From Planctomycetota bacterium (GTDB taxonomy: Bacteria > Planctomycetota > UBA1135 > UBA2386), in contig CANEYR010000011.1 of assembly GCA_947444055.1 (NCBI GenBank), forward strand, positions 8,534-72,533: a stretch of 64,000 bases of DNA, read 5' to 3'. The notes below the pieces were generated by a model. The model ran no database searches, was not told the origin of the DNA, and saw nothing but the letters and a program-made list of their open reading frames with translations. The position numbers and the translations under genes are program-made. Positions 10,769 through 20,239 of this stretch are shown piece after piece. Position 1 is the first letter of the stretch. Each line of letters starts with the position of its first letter.

Positions 10769-11164
10769 TCAGCGCAGGCTTTCGATGCGCCCCTGTGCAT
10801 CGACGATCTGGGTGATGCGCAGCCCATAACAATCGTCGACCAGCACCACTTCGCCGCGAGCCACCAGCTTGCCGTTCACGCGCAGATCGACGGGCTCTTC
10901 GGCCTTCTTGTCGAGCGCGATGACGCTGCCAGGAACGAGCTTGAGCACGTCCTCGAGACTCATCTGCGCACGACCGACTTCGACCGCGATCGGGATCTCG
11001 ACATCGAGCAGCAGGTCGAGATTGCGCGACGTGTCGTTCTTTAGACCCGCGCCGAGTTGGCCAAACGCCACCGGCTGCACGGCCGCAGCCGCGAGTTCGG
11101 CGCCCGCTTGCGCCACCTTCGTGGCGCCCCAGTCGCTTTCAGAGAAGGGTGGGTTATCGACCAT
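10769..11164 (-). CDS. fliN: Flagellar motor switch protein FliN
   Basis: It has the SpoA-type C-terminus (LLDVEIPIAVEVGRAQMSLEDVLKLVPGSVIALDK...VDLRVNGKLVARGEVV). It sits directly after fliM. Confidence 0.9.
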   Translation of the reverse strand: MVDNPPFSESDWGATKVAQAGAELAAAAVQPVAFGQLGAGLKNDTSRNLDLLLDVEIPIAVEVGRAQMSLEDVLKLVPGSVIALDKKAEEPVDLRVNGKLVARGEVVLVDDCYGLRITQIVDAQGRIESLR

Positions 11165-11167
11165 TGC

Positions 11168-12163
11168 CTACCGGCCCATCACATCGGCCACTTGCACGCC
11201 GAACCTGTTGCCGATCCGTCCGATGTGGGCGGTGAACTTCGGCTTGCCCATGACCGGCACGGTGGCCGGTTGGCCGACGCGCGCGGTGAGCGGAATCACG
11301 TCGCCGAGCTGCAAATCCATCAGCTGCCGCAAACGGATGTTGGCGCCACCGAGCTCGACCGAGAGATCGATCGGCATGTCACGAACGGTCGCCCCGAGCT
11401 TGTCGCGCATGGCACCTGGCTCCATGCGCGCAACCGAGTCACGGCCAAACTTGTCGAGCAGCGGCTCGAGCGAAGCGAACGGAATGACGAGTCGCAGGTC
11501 GCCGATCAGAAAGTCACCGGCGGCCTGGAAGTAGACCGACACCACGACGTCCTGCGCCGGCAGGATCTGTGCCATCGAAGGATTGCAGAAGCGGTTGATG
11601 AACGACCACTTCAACTTCACGACTTCACTCAGGCTCTCGCAGATGCGATCGAGGCACGGACCGACCAACGCCTCCGCGACCGTGTGCTCGGCTAGCGTGA
11701 AGTCCTTCGGCACCTTCGTGACTTTGCCCGAACCACCGAGAATGCGATCGACGGCGCCATAGAGCAGGCTCGTGCTGGCGGTAAACAGCACCGGCAAGCG
11801 GAACGGCTCCATCTGCACGACGTAGATCGCGACCGGCCCCGGCAGCTGATCGAGCCAACTGCCAAACCGCAGTTGTTCGACGGCAACGCAGTCGCAGCGC
11901 GTGTCGAGTCGCAGCTTGTCGCCGATCGTCGCTGACAGCAGTTTGCCAGCACTCTCGAAGTAGCGCTCCATGCCGCGAATCTGCTCGCGCCCAAGTCGAT
12001 TGGGCTTCAGCAGGTCGATCGGGCTGATGACCCGACCGCCGTTGTCGCCCGCGGGCGCCGTCGGCATCGCGCGCGGCGCCGGCTCCGGTTCGACCGCACC
12101 ACCCTCACTGCGGAACATGTCCAGCAGGGTGTCGATCTCTTCGTTGGTGAGGATCTCGTTCAA
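11168..12163 (-). CDS. fliM: Flagellar motor switch protein FliM
   Basis: The N-terminus MNEILTNEEIDTLL is the CheY-P binding LSQxEIDxLL type. The 331-aa size and the position between fliL and fliN fit FliM. Confidence 0.9.
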   Translation of the reverse strand: MNEILTNEEIDTLLDMFRSEGGAVEPEPAPRAMPTAPAGDNGGRVISPIDLLKPNRLGREQIRGMERYFESAGKLLSATIGDKLRLDTRCDCVAVEQLRFGSWLDQLPGPVAIYVVQMEPFRLPVLFTASTSLLYGAVDRILGGSGKVTKVPKDFTLAEHTVAEALVGPCLDRICESLSEVVKLKWSFINRFCNPSMAQILPAQDVVVSVYFQAAGDFLIGDLRLVIPFASLEPLLDKFGRDSVARMEPGAMRDKLGATVRDMPIDLSVELGGANIRLRQLMDLQLGDVIPLTARVGQPATVPVMGKPKFTAHIGRIGNRFGVQVADVMGR

Positions 12164-12190
12164 GGGGGCTCCGGGGGGAGTGTCAGGGCG

Positions 12191-12709
12191 TCACTGGAAA
12201 AGCCAGTCGACCCACAAGATACGCATGACTCTGGCGACCTTGTCCGCACCCTTGGGAAAGAGCACACGATCCAATTCGTCGATCATGTCCTTCTCAAGAA
12301 TGCGCATGCCGGTCTCGGACCGCAGCTCTTCCATGCTGCGGTTCATCAGCAAGAGCAGCGCGGCGTGGTTGGCCTGATCCCAGTTCTGTTTGATCTGGTC
12401 GAAGGCCTGGGTTTCATGGTCGGACCGCGCCGTGTAGACGAATTTGAACTCGACACGCGCCGTGGCTTTGCCAGCGCGCGTGTGCGGGTTGAACGTCTTC
12501 TTGATGAGGTCCGGATGCGTGTAGTCCTCTTCCTCGAAGTGAGGCTCTTCCTTCACCACCTCTTTGACCTTCGGTGGGACCGCGAAGACGACGCCCGCAC
12601 CGCCAACGATGGCGCCGAGTGCAATGAGCACGATCGGGGGCAAGCCCTTCTTCTTCTTCTTGCCGTCTTCGGCTTTGCCGTCTGCTTCTTTCTTTTTGTC
12701 TTCGGCCAC
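12191..12709 (-). CDS. fliL: Flagellar basal-body-associated protein FliL
   Basis: It has a Lys-rich N-terminus, a single TM helix and a FliL-like C-domain. It lies immediately upstream of fliM. Confidence 0.8.
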   Translation of the reverse strand: MAEDKKKEADGKAEDGKKKKKGLPPIVLIALGAIVGGAGVVFAVPPKVKEVVKEEPHFEEEDYTHPDLIKKTFNPHTRAGKATARVEFKFVYTARSDHETQAFDQIKQNWDQANHAALLLLMNRSMEELRSETGMRILEKDMIDELDRVLFPKGADKVARVMRILWVDWLFQ

Positions 12710-12811
12710 GTGTGTTTGCTCCAGCGCCGCTGATCCGATGCCAGGCGGGCTATCGACTGCTGCCGATCTTGGTGTTGAAGAATTCGTCGCTCCTGCGCGC
12801 AGGCTCGGCCA

Positions 12812-13927
12812 TCAGTTGCCTTTGCCCGGTGTCGTCGACTCCTTGCTGACGCGCATGCGCTTCTTCATCACGTCCTGCGTCATCGGTGTCGGCAGCGCTT
12901 TGAGGATCTCGTTGACCGCGTCCTTGTCCATGAACTCGAGCAGCTTCAACACTTCGTCCTGGCCCTTGTCGTTCTTCCATTGCGACTCGATGAGCTCCGC
13001 CGCCTTCTCCGGCTCGAACGAGGCCAGCGTCTGCGCATTGCGTTTCAGCGCCGCGACCTCGTCGTTGCGGACGAGCTTGACCTGATCCTGGAACCGTTGG
13101 ATCTTGGCGTCGAGCTCGCGCTGCATCTGTTCGACTTCGTTGCGCTCTTTGCCGAGCGCCGCTTGCCGCTTGCTGATGTCGTCGTTGAGTTCGCGCAATT
13201 CTTGCTCGCGCAGATCCTGCGCGACCTTGCGCCGCTCGATGTCCGCAACCAGCCCCTGCACGCGCTGCCAGGCTTCGTTGATCTGCTCGGGGGTGATGCC
13301 CGCCGGCAAGCCGGAGAATCGGAATAGCTCCCCCGGCGCGTACTGGCTCTTGCCGTTGGCCAGCGAGTTCTGGAGGTGATCGAAGTCACCCTCCGGCGTG
13401 CCGTGGCCCTTGTCATTCTTGGCTGGCGGCTTGGCGTGTTCGTCCTTCGCTTGCTTGGCGTGCGCACCCTTGGCGTGCGGGTCCTCCCCGTGCCCAGCCG
13501 CTGGCGCCTCGCCGCCACCGTGGCCGTCATCCGCCTTCTTCTCCGGCTCGACCAGAGAACGCCCGGTCTTCTGCTTGCGGGGCGCTTGCTCCGCCTTTGG
13601 ATCCTGCGTCGCGTCGTGCGAGGCGTCGGCGGCCGCTGGCTTGCTCTCGCCACTCGGCGTCGCGTGGGCGTCGGTCGCCGCCCCGTGCTCCGCGTCGGGC
13701 TTGCCCGCCTCCCCCTCGGGCTTCGCCGCATCCCCGTGTTCGCCCGCGGCCTTCTCGCCGTCCTTCGCCCCTTCCTCGCCCTCGGGCGGCGCCGGGAAGA
13801 ACGAGCCGAGCAACGGAATGTTCGCAGTGCCGACGTGGTTGAGACGGCCGGTGGCGGCGAGACCGCCAACCAACGAACCGGCGAAGAGCACGACGCCGAG
13901 AACCAACTTGACGATCAAACCCATCAT
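12812..13927 (-). CDS. Flagellar-operon protein with TM anchor, long His/Lys/Glu/Ala-rich linker, coiled coil and MgtE_N-like C-terminal domain (YlxF/MotE-like)
   Basis: It has an N-terminal TM helix, ~170 aa of low complexity (EHGDAAKPEGEAGKPDAEHG..HAKGAHAKQAKDEHAKPPAK), then a coiled coil and FEPEKAAELIE..LLEFMDKDAVNEILKALP. It lies between fliJ and fliL. Confidence 0.55.
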   Translation of the reverse strand: MMGLIVKLVLGVVLFAGSLVGGLAATGRLNHVGTANIPLLGSFFPAPPEGEEGAKDGEKAAGEHGDAAKPEGEAGKPDAEHGAATDAHATPSGESKPAAADASHDATQDPKAEQAPRKQKTGRSLVEPEKKADDGHGGGEAPAAGHGEDPHAKGAHAKQAKDEHAKPPAKNDKGHGTPEGDFDHLQNSLANGKSQYAPGELFRFSGLPAGITPEQINEAWQRVQGLVADIERRKVAQDLREQELRELNDDISKRQAALGKERNEVEQMQRELDAKIQRFQDQVKLVRNDEVAALKRNAQTLASFEPEKAAELIESQWKNDKGQDEVLKLLEFMDKDAVNEILKALPTPMTQDVMKKRMRVSKESTTPGKGN

Positions 13928-14379
13928 CGGACTTCTCCTTCATCCATCGCGTTTGCCGCACGGACGCCGCGCGCCAGTGCTGCCAATTCATCGAGCTCGG
14001 CTTGTTCTTGCCGTTGTGCCGTCTGCTTCCAGGCCGCGTGCTGCTGCTCGCGCAGCCTCTGCAGCGTGCGCAGATCGCGCGCCTTCTGCGCGTAGTCAGC
14101 CCGCACGACATCGAGCTTCTGCTGGGCCTCGACGCGTTGCTTGTTGAGGCGCCATTGGTGGCGGCGCAGGCCGTTCTCCAGCGCCTTTGCCAACTGCCCG
14201 ATCGCATCGGGGCGCGCGCCCTGGTCCGCGCACTCGCGCAGGCCTTGCGCCACAGCCGCGAGACGTTGCTCGATCGTGGCCACCGCTGCCATCGCCGTGG
14301 CCAACTCGCGCCGCGCCGTGCGTTCGAACTGGGCGCGCAAGCGCAACAGGGGTGCTAGCCGAAACCGGAACCTGCGCAT
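13924..14379 (-). CDS. fliJ: Flagellar export chaperone FliJ
   Basis: 151-aa all-helical protein starting MRRFRFRLAPLLRLR. It lies directly downstream of fliI. Confidence 0.7.
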   Translation of the reverse strand: MRRFRFRLAPLLRLRAQFERTARRELATAMAAVATIEQRLAAVAQGLRECADQGARPDAIGQLAKALENGLRRHQWRLNKQRVEAQQKLDVVRADYAQKARDLRTLQRLREQQHAAWKQTAQRQEQAELDELAALARGVRAANAMDEGEVR

Positions 14380-14480
14380 GCCTTGCCTATCGACCGTGGC
14401 ATCGGCGAATGCTGAGTCGATGTCGAAGATCGCGGCAGTGAGCGCCCGTACCTGCCACCCGGTCCCGAGGCGGGAACGAT

Positions 14481-15794
14481 TCAGCTACCGGCAATCTGCT
14501 GCAGCAGCTTCTGGGTGTCGGCGGCGCCGCGAGACTCGCTGCCGTGGAACAGCAGGCCTTCGATGGCGCCGATCTTGGCGATGGCTTGGTCGAGCAACGG
14601 GTCCGCTCCCTTGCGGTAGGCACCCACCGCCACCAGATCGCGGTTCTCTTCGTAGTGCGCCAGCAGTTCTCGCAGCCGCCGCGCCCGCCGTTGGTGGTCC
14701 GGCGTCGTCACCTTCGGCATCAGACGGCTGATCGAACCCAACACGTCAATCGAGGGAAAGCGGCCGCGCTCCGCGATACGTCGGCTCAAAACGATGTGGC
14801 CGTCAAGGTAGCCACGCAGCGCGTCGGCGACCGGTTCGTTCATGTCATCGCCATCGACCAACACCGTGAACAGGCCGGTGATGGTGCCGTTGCCGTCGCT
14901 ACCGAGTCGTTCGACCAACCGCGGCAACGAGGTGAACAACGACGGCGGATAGCCGCGCAGCGTTGGTGGCTCGCCGGCGGCCAGACCGACTTCGCGCACC
15001 GCCATCGCGTAGCGCGTCACCGAGTCCATCATGAACAGCACGTCCGCACCCTGCGCGCGGAACGCTTCGGCAATCGTCACCGCGACCATCGGCGCCTTCA
15101 GCCGCAGCATCGGCGCGGCGTCGGAGGTGCAGGCGATGACGACGCTCTTGCGCAGACCTTCGGCGCCGAGCGCGTCGGTGACGAACTCCCCGACTTCGCG
15201 GCCACGCTCACCGATCAGCGCGATCACGTTCACTTGGCCAGCTTTGCTGCGTGCGATCTGCCCCATCAACGTCGACTTGCCGACGCCGGAACCAGCGAAG
15301 ATGCCGATGCGCTGGCCTTTGCCGATGGTCAGCATGCCGTCGATCGCGGCGACGCCGGTGTCGATGGGCCGATCGATCGGCGTGCGTTGCAGCGGTGACG
15401 GCGCGTCCCCGGTCAGCGGACGCAGCGCGCCCTCGATCGGCGGGCCGCCATCGAGGGGACGACCGAGAGCGTCGACCACGCGGCCGAGCAGGCCAGCCCC
15501 GACCGGCACCGCCAAGGGTCGGTGTTCGTTCTGCACACGATCCCACGGCGCCACGCGGTGCGCATCGCCGAGCGCCATCACGACCGCATCCTCGCGATCG
15601 AAGCCGACGACCTCCGCGGGCAGCGCCAGCTTGCCGCCGTCGGCACCGATCGTGCAGGTGTCGCCGATCGCCGCCGCCAGCCCCGTGACGTGGATCGCAA
15701 TGCCACGAATCGCCCGCACGCGGCCTTCGGCGCGCGGCCGATTGAGGGCGCGAGCAGCGGTCACGGCGCGTTGCAACCCGGCCGGCAAGGTCAC
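14481..15794 (-). CDS. fliI: Flagellum-specific ATP synthase FliI
   Basis: It has Walker A GIFAGSGVGKST, Walker B VLFMMDSVTR and F1-beta-like architecture. The GTG start at 15794 overlaps the fliH stop (GTGA). Confidence 0.92.
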   Translation of the reverse strand: MTLPAGLQRAVTAARALNRPRAEGRVRAIRGIAIHVTGLAAAIGDTCTIGADGGKLALPAEVVGFDREDAVVMALGDAHRVAPWDRVQNEHRPLAVPVGAGLLGRVVDALGRPLDGGPPIEGALRPLTGDAPSPLQRTPIDRPIDTGVAAIDGMLTIGKGQRIGIFAGSGVGKSTLMGQIARSKAGQVNVIALIGERGREVGEFVTDALGAEGLRKSVVIACTSDAAPMLRLKAPMVAVTIAEAFRAQGADVLFMMDSVTRYAMAVREVGLAAGEPPTLRGYPPSLFTSLPRLVERLGSDGNGTITGLFTVLVDGDDMNEPVADALRGYLDGHIVLSRRIAERGRFPSIDVLGSISRLMPKVTTPDHQRRARRLRELLAHYEENRDLVAVGAYRKGADPLLDQAIAKIGAIEGLLFHGSESRGAADTQKLLQQIAGS

Positions 15795-16387
15795 GTGGAA
15801 GCCTCGCGGCGCACTTCGTCGCAGATGCGTTCCAGCACTTCGCGCGGATCGTATTGCAGGCGGCCAGCCCCAGTCTCGGCGCGAACACCACCACGCGGGA
15901 TGGCGGCGTCGGCGACGAAGCGGGCGGCGGCGACCTCTTCCTGCACTTCGCTCATGCCTTGCAACGCGGTCTGCACGGTTTGCAAATCGAGCGGATGCAA
16001 GCGCACGACCAAGTCGGTGGTCTGGCTGCCGTGCACACAATCGCGCAGGCAACGCACAACCGTGGCGGTCGGATCGACGAGGCCCTTCTGCAGCGCGTCG
16101 CCGACGATTTCGCGCGCGAGCGCAAGGCCAAGCTCGACGGCGAGCCCGGCCACTTCGTCGAGGCGCGCGGTGACTTGCTGCGGCAGCGCTTCCACCGTGC
16201 GGCGAGCGCTGCGCGCGAGTTCGAGCAGCGCTTGCACCGCGGCGGCGCGTTGCGCTTGCAGGTCCTTCAAGTCGAGCAGTTGGCGCGCAGGACTCTGGGC
16301 GGCAACCGCCCCGGTGCGAACGGCGTGCAAGCGCACGCCGATCAGCGGCGCGTGCATGGGAACAGCGGCGGTGGAGGTCGTCATCAC
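15791..16387 (-). CDS. fliH: Flagellar assembly protein FliH
   Basis: 198 aa, lying between fliG and fliI. The C-terminal region is FliH/YscL-like (VRLHPLDL...GGVRAETGAGRLQYD). Confidence 0.75.
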   Translation of the reverse strand: MMTTSTAAVPMHAPLIGVRLHAVRTGAVAAQSPARQLLDLKDLQAQRAAAVQALLELARSARRTVEALPQQVTARLDEVAGLAVELGLALAREIVGDALQKGLVDPTATVVRCLRDCVHGSQTTDLVVRLHPLDLQTVQTALQGMSEVQEEVAAARFVADAAIPRGGVRAETGAGRLQYDPREVLERICDEVRREAST

Positions 16388-17407
16388 TTACACCATCTGC
16401 TCGGCAGCGCCGCCGGCCTTGATCTCGCCCTTGTCCATCAAGTCGCGGATCATTTTAAGGATCTCGTTCTGCGCCGTCATCACGTCGGACAGCGGCGTCG
16501 GCCCCAGGTTGTCGCGCTCTTCGCGCACCATGTCGGAGGCGCGCTTGCTGAGATTGCCGAGGATCGCTTGCTCAACCGGCGGAATCGCGGCCTTCAGTGA
16601 AATCGAGAGCTGCCGCGAATCGACCGCAGCGAGGATCTTCTGCATCGACTTCTTGTCGAGCTTTTGGATGTCGTCGAAGGTGAACATCTCTTCACGGATG
16701 GCCCCGGCGATGCTGGCGTCAGCGGCCTCGATCTTCTCGAGCACCGTCTTCTCGCCGCCGCCCAGATTGTTGAGCAACGACGCCGCGGCTTTGACCCAGG
16801 CCTTCGGCTCCGCTCGCAACGAGGTGAGACCGAGGTCTTTGACTTTCTTGCGCATGACGTCGAGCACGCGCTGCACGACGTCCGCCGGGGTGCGATCGAG
16901 CGTCGCGACGCGGTGAACGAGATCGGCGCGCAGATCCTCTTCGAGATGTTTCAGCACTTCACCGCCCTTCCTGCGATCGAGGTGCGCCAAGAACACCGCC
17001 GCGATCTGCGGGTGCTCCTCGGTCAACAGGCTGGCGAGATCGGGGGCGCTCAGCGCTTCGAACATCGCGAACGGGCGCTTCGCCAGAATGTCGCTGTTGG
17101 CCCGGCGGGCCACGTCGCCGCTGCGTTCCTCGCCAAAGGCCCGCGACAGCACGTTCTTCATCAAGCCGCTGACATCACCGAGCGCCATGCCACCAAGGCG
17201 CATGCGCTGCACGGCGGCCTGGTAGACGGTGCGCACCGTCTCGCGATCGATCGCCATCTCCTGCAGCTCCTGCATGGCGCGCGTGACCTTGTCGACGGTG
17301 TCGTCGGTGAAACTGCGCAAGACCTTCGCGGCCAGCTCCTGGTCGATCGACAGCAGCAGCATCGCGATGACCTTGTCGGTCGGCATGTTCTTGATGGCAT
17401 CGACCAT
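16388..17407 (-). CDS. fliG: Flagellar motor switch protein FliG
   Basis: 339 aa with the FliG C-terminal torque helix region (MSKRASDMVREE...) and the MFTFDDI motif. Confidence 0.92.
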   Translation of the reverse strand: MVDAIKNMPTDKVIAMLLLSIDQELAAKVLRSFTDDTVDKVTRAMQELQEMAIDRETVRTVYQAAVQRMRLGGMALGDVSGLMKNVLSRAFGEERSGDVARRANSDILAKRPFAMFEALSAPDLASLLTEEHPQIAAVFLAHLDRRKGGEVLKHLEEDLRADLVHRVATLDRTPADVVQRVLDVMRKKVKDLGLTSLRAEPKAWVKAAASLLNNLGGGEKTVLEKIEAADASIAGAIREEMFTFDDIQKLDKKSMQKILAAVDSRQLSISLKAAIPPVEQAILGNLSKRASDMVREERDNLGPTPLSDVMTAQNEILKMIRDLMDKGEIKAGGAAEQMV

Positions 17408-17419
17408 GGGAAGAATCCG

Positions 17420-18901
17420 TTATGCCTTCTGCTCGACGAGCCAGGTCTCGAGCAGTTTGGCGAGGGCGGCGGGGTCGTTGGCGATGGAGCGCTCGATCTC
17501 GCGGCGCATACGCTTTTGCTGCTCTTCGGGCGGCAGATCCTCTTCCGCGACCTCGGACTTGGCCGCGGGGGAGGTGGCGCTGGCGGCGGCGGACGACGAC
17601 GACGAACGCTTGAACAAGCCGCGCAAGAACATCACGACGACGACCACGCCGAGCACCTGACCGACGGTCGGCCCCCAGCGCAGCGCCAGTTCGCCCATGC
17701 TCGGCCCGGTACTCATCTCCTCCGCGAGCACCACTGGCGCAAAGTCACCGACCATCGTGCTGAACGCTTCGGGCTGATCGCGGGCCGGATCCCAGCCGAC
17801 GATCGCCTTCACGGTGTTCATCAGGTCGTCCTTGATGAACCCTTGGGTTTGCTCGAGCGAACGGTCGTAGAGCAGCGCCACCGTCATGCGCTTGACGTCG
17901 GGCATGCTCTTGCCAGTCCGTCGCTCGCCGATCTCAGTGACGAACTTGCGATCCTTGGTCTCGTTCTTGCTCGTGCTGCTGCTGGCATCCGCGGCCTTGC
18001 CTGGTGTGCTGGTCGCGTCCTTGCGCGACGTCTCCGAACTCACCAGCGCTTCGGTTGGCACCACCTTCTCACTGCGAATCTCCCACAGGGTGTCGAGCAC
18101 GACGCTGACCGACACCGAGGTCTTGCCGGGCCACAGTTGGTCGAGACGTTCTTGCGCCATGCGCGTGCGTTCGTCGCTCAGCGATCGCTGCAGCGTCAAG
18201 AACTCCGAGGTGCCACCGCCACCTTCACGCTCCGGATCGTGACGAAAGCGCTGATTGCCGGCCGCGCTGACCACTTCGATGTTCTGCGGCGGCAACGTCA
18301 GCTGCGACGACGCCAACGACGACGCGGCGCGCGCGATCGCTTCGAACGACACGCCGTTGCGCAGCTTGAGAATGACCGTGGCCGTCGGCTTCTGGTCGGC
18401 ATCGCGATCGCGGAAGGCGGCGCGGGCGCGCGGCCGACTGGCCGTCACCGTCACTTGCAGCACCCCTTCGAGTTGCAAGATCGCCGCCACCACACTGCCC
18501 CGCGTGGCTGCGTCGAGCTTGTAAGCCTTGGTTTCGGCGTCCTCGATCAGACTGAAGCCACCGCCAACCGCCGCGGTTTCGCCGCCGGTCAGCCCCGCTT
18601 CGATGATCGCTTGGTTCGCGAGACCGATCTTGCGGCGCTCGACGCGCAGCGTGCGGCCGTCGTCGCCAGGCTCGAAGGTCACGCCCGCGCTCTGCAATGC
18701 CGTCTTGGCGCGCCCGATTTCCTCGCCGCTCTTGGAGGTAAACACCGTCTCGTAACTGGGTTGGCCAGCAAACCACACGATGGCGCCAAGGCCAACGATG
18801 GTCGCCACGGTCACCGCCGTCACGACGAAGCGTTGCCCGGCATCGAGCCGACTCCAGATGCCCTTCGATTGGGACAGGATGTCGTTCATTACGTTGCGCA
18901 T
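17420..18901 (-). CDS. fliF: Flagellar MS-ring protein FliF
   Basis: It has an N-terminal TM helix, YscJ/FliF-type domains, a C-terminal TM helix and a FliG-binding tail. It lies between fliE and fliG. Confidence 0.9.
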   Translation of the reverse strand: MRNVMNDILSQSKGIWSRLDAGQRFVVTAVTVATIVGLGAIVWFAGQPSYETVFTSKSGEEIGRAKTALQSAGVTFEPGDDGRTLRVERRKIGLANQAIIEAGLTGGETAAVGGGFSLIEDAETKAYKLDAATRGSVVAAILQLEGVLQVTVTASRPRARAAFRDRDADQKPTATVILKLRNGVSFEAIARAASSLASSQLTLPPQNIEVVSAAGNQRFRHDPEREGGGGTSEFLTLQRSLSDERTRMAQERLDQLWPGKTSVSVSVVLDTLWEIRSEKVVPTEALVSSETSRKDATSTPGKAADASSSTSKNETKDRKFVTEIGERRTGKSMPDVKRMTVALLYDRSLEQTQGFIKDDLMNTVKAIVGWDPARDQPEAFSTMVGDFAPVVLAEEMSTGPSMGELALRWGPTVGQVLGVVVVVMFLRGLFKRSSSSSAAASATSPAAKSEVAEEDLPPEEQQKRMRREIERSIANDPAALAKLLETWLVEQKA

Positions 18902-18902
18902 G

Positions 18903-19280
18903 TCACATCACCGAGCGTGAGAGTTTCTCCCACGCATCGACCATCTTGTTGCGGACTTCGATCAGTAAGTTGAACGCCACTTCGCTCTTGCTGGAAGCGA
19001 TCATCACGTCGTGCAAGTCGACGTCTTCGCCGAGTGCCAGACCGCGAGCCTTGTCCCGCGAGTCTTCTTGCATCGCCTGCACGTTCTGGATCGAGTCGGC
19101 GAGGAAGCCAGCGAAGTCGGGGCCGTCTTTCGTCGGCAGTTCCGGCGAACGCCCCGGCACCGGCGCGATGCGCTGCGGATCCTGGGTGCCGTTCATGCCA
19201 GACGACATCGCCTGCATGACTTCCCGTTGCATGCTCATCGGATCGAAGCCGCCGAGCGCCGATAGGTCGAAGCCGGTCAT
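18903..19280 (-). CDS. fliE: Flagellar hook-basal body complex protein FliE
   Basis: It has a FliE-type C-terminus (DVDLHDVMIASSKSEVAFNLLIEVRNKMVDAWEKLSR). Confidence 0.85.
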   Translation of the reverse strand: MTGFDLSALGGFDPMSMQREVMQAMSSGMNGTQDPQRIAPVPGRSPELPTKDGPDFAGFLADSIQNVQAMQEDSRDKARGLALGEDVDLHDVMIASSKSEVAFNLLIEVRNKMVDAWEKLSRSVM

Positions 19281-19294
19281 AGTTCAGTCCTCAC

Positions 19295-19753
19295 TTAGCT
19301 CTTCATGTTGTTGATGGTGTTCTGCAACATGCCGCGGTAGGTGCGCAGTGCCGTCAGATTGGCATCGAAGCTGCGCTCGATGACCTGCATGTCGACCAGC
19401 TCTTGGAAGAGGTCGACGTTGCTGCCGAGCACCTTGCCGGTCTCGTCGGCGTCCGGGTGGCCAGGTTGGTAGAACACCGGGAACGGCGACTGGTCTTCGG
19501 CCACGTTGGCCAAGGTCACACCGCTCGCGGTGCGCACCTTGTCGCCTGCCGCACCGCGCGCCGCTTCTTCGAGCAGTTCCTCGAAGACCACGACCTTGCG
19601 GCGGTAGGGCTCGTTCTTGGCATTGCCCGTGCGATGCATGTTGCCGAGGTTGCTGGCGACGATTTCCGAACGCTGCAGCTCGGCGCGCAAGCCGGCACCG
19701 GCGATGTCGAAGCCGCGAAACACACCCTTCATCGGATCGGTCATCTGGATCAC
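19295..19753 (-). CDS. flgC: Flagellar basal-body rod protein FlgC
   Basis: It has a rod-protein N-terminal motif (AGAGLRAELQRSEIVASNLGNMHRT) and a FlgC C-terminus. Confidence 0.9.
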   Translation of the reverse strand: MIQMTDPMKGVFRGFDIAGAGLRAELQRSEIVASNLGNMHRTGNAKNEPYRRKVVVFEELLEEAARGAAGDKVRTASGVTLANVAEDQSPFPVFYQPGHPDADETGKVLGSNVDLFQELVDMQVIERSFDANLTALRTYRGMLQNTINNMKS

Positions 19754-20097
19754 CTGCCGAAGATGGCTTTGTTGATGGTGGCGAAGTAGCTGCCGACGCG
19801 GCGCGTCATGACGTCGTGCAAGAGCGAGGTCTTGCCGAGCATCGAGAGCTCATCCATGAGCACGACGTTGTTCTGGCCAGGCGGCCCCGACTGATCGCGC
19901 TCGGTGATGGGCTCGACCGACTCCACCGATTCGCCCTTCCCCTCCGCCTCGCGCAGCAGATCCTCGAAGCGCACGACGTACTTCTTGAAACCAGCCACGT
20001 TCTGGTTGGCCACGTTGTGGATCGACGCCTTGGTCCGGGCGTCGAGCACGTCGAGCATTCGCTGCTGGAACGTGATGTCGCGATCGAAGTCGATCAT
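19750..20097 (-). CDS. flgB: Flagellar basal-body rod protein FlgB
   Basis: The internal start MIDFDRDITFQQRMLDVLDARTKASIHNVANQNVAGFK matches the rod N-terminal motif. It overlaps the flgC start by 4 nt. Confidence 0.85.
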   Translation of the reverse strand: MIDFDRDITFQQRMLDVLDARTKASIHNVANQNVAGFKKYVVRFEDLLREAEGKGESVESVEPITERDQSGPPGQNNVVLMDELSMLGKTSLLHDVMTRRVGSYFATINKAIFGR

Positions 20098-20239
20098 GGT
20101 TTTGCCTGATTGCCTCTCAAGCATCGACGCATGGGCATTCCCGCCTTGAGACGGGAGGATCCGATCCGTCGGGCACGTCGTGAACCGCAGGTGTTGCACG
20201 ACGCCACAGGGAACTTCGTCTGACCGCCGCCGAGACCGT

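Noticed and set aside
20098-20239. Sigma-28 or sigma-54 promoter upstream of flgB.
   Set aside because: Only loose resemblances are present (TCAA-N17-GTCGAT; TGGCGT...TGCAAC). The spacing and core bases do not match TAAA-N15-GCCGATAA or TGGCAC-N5-TTGC.
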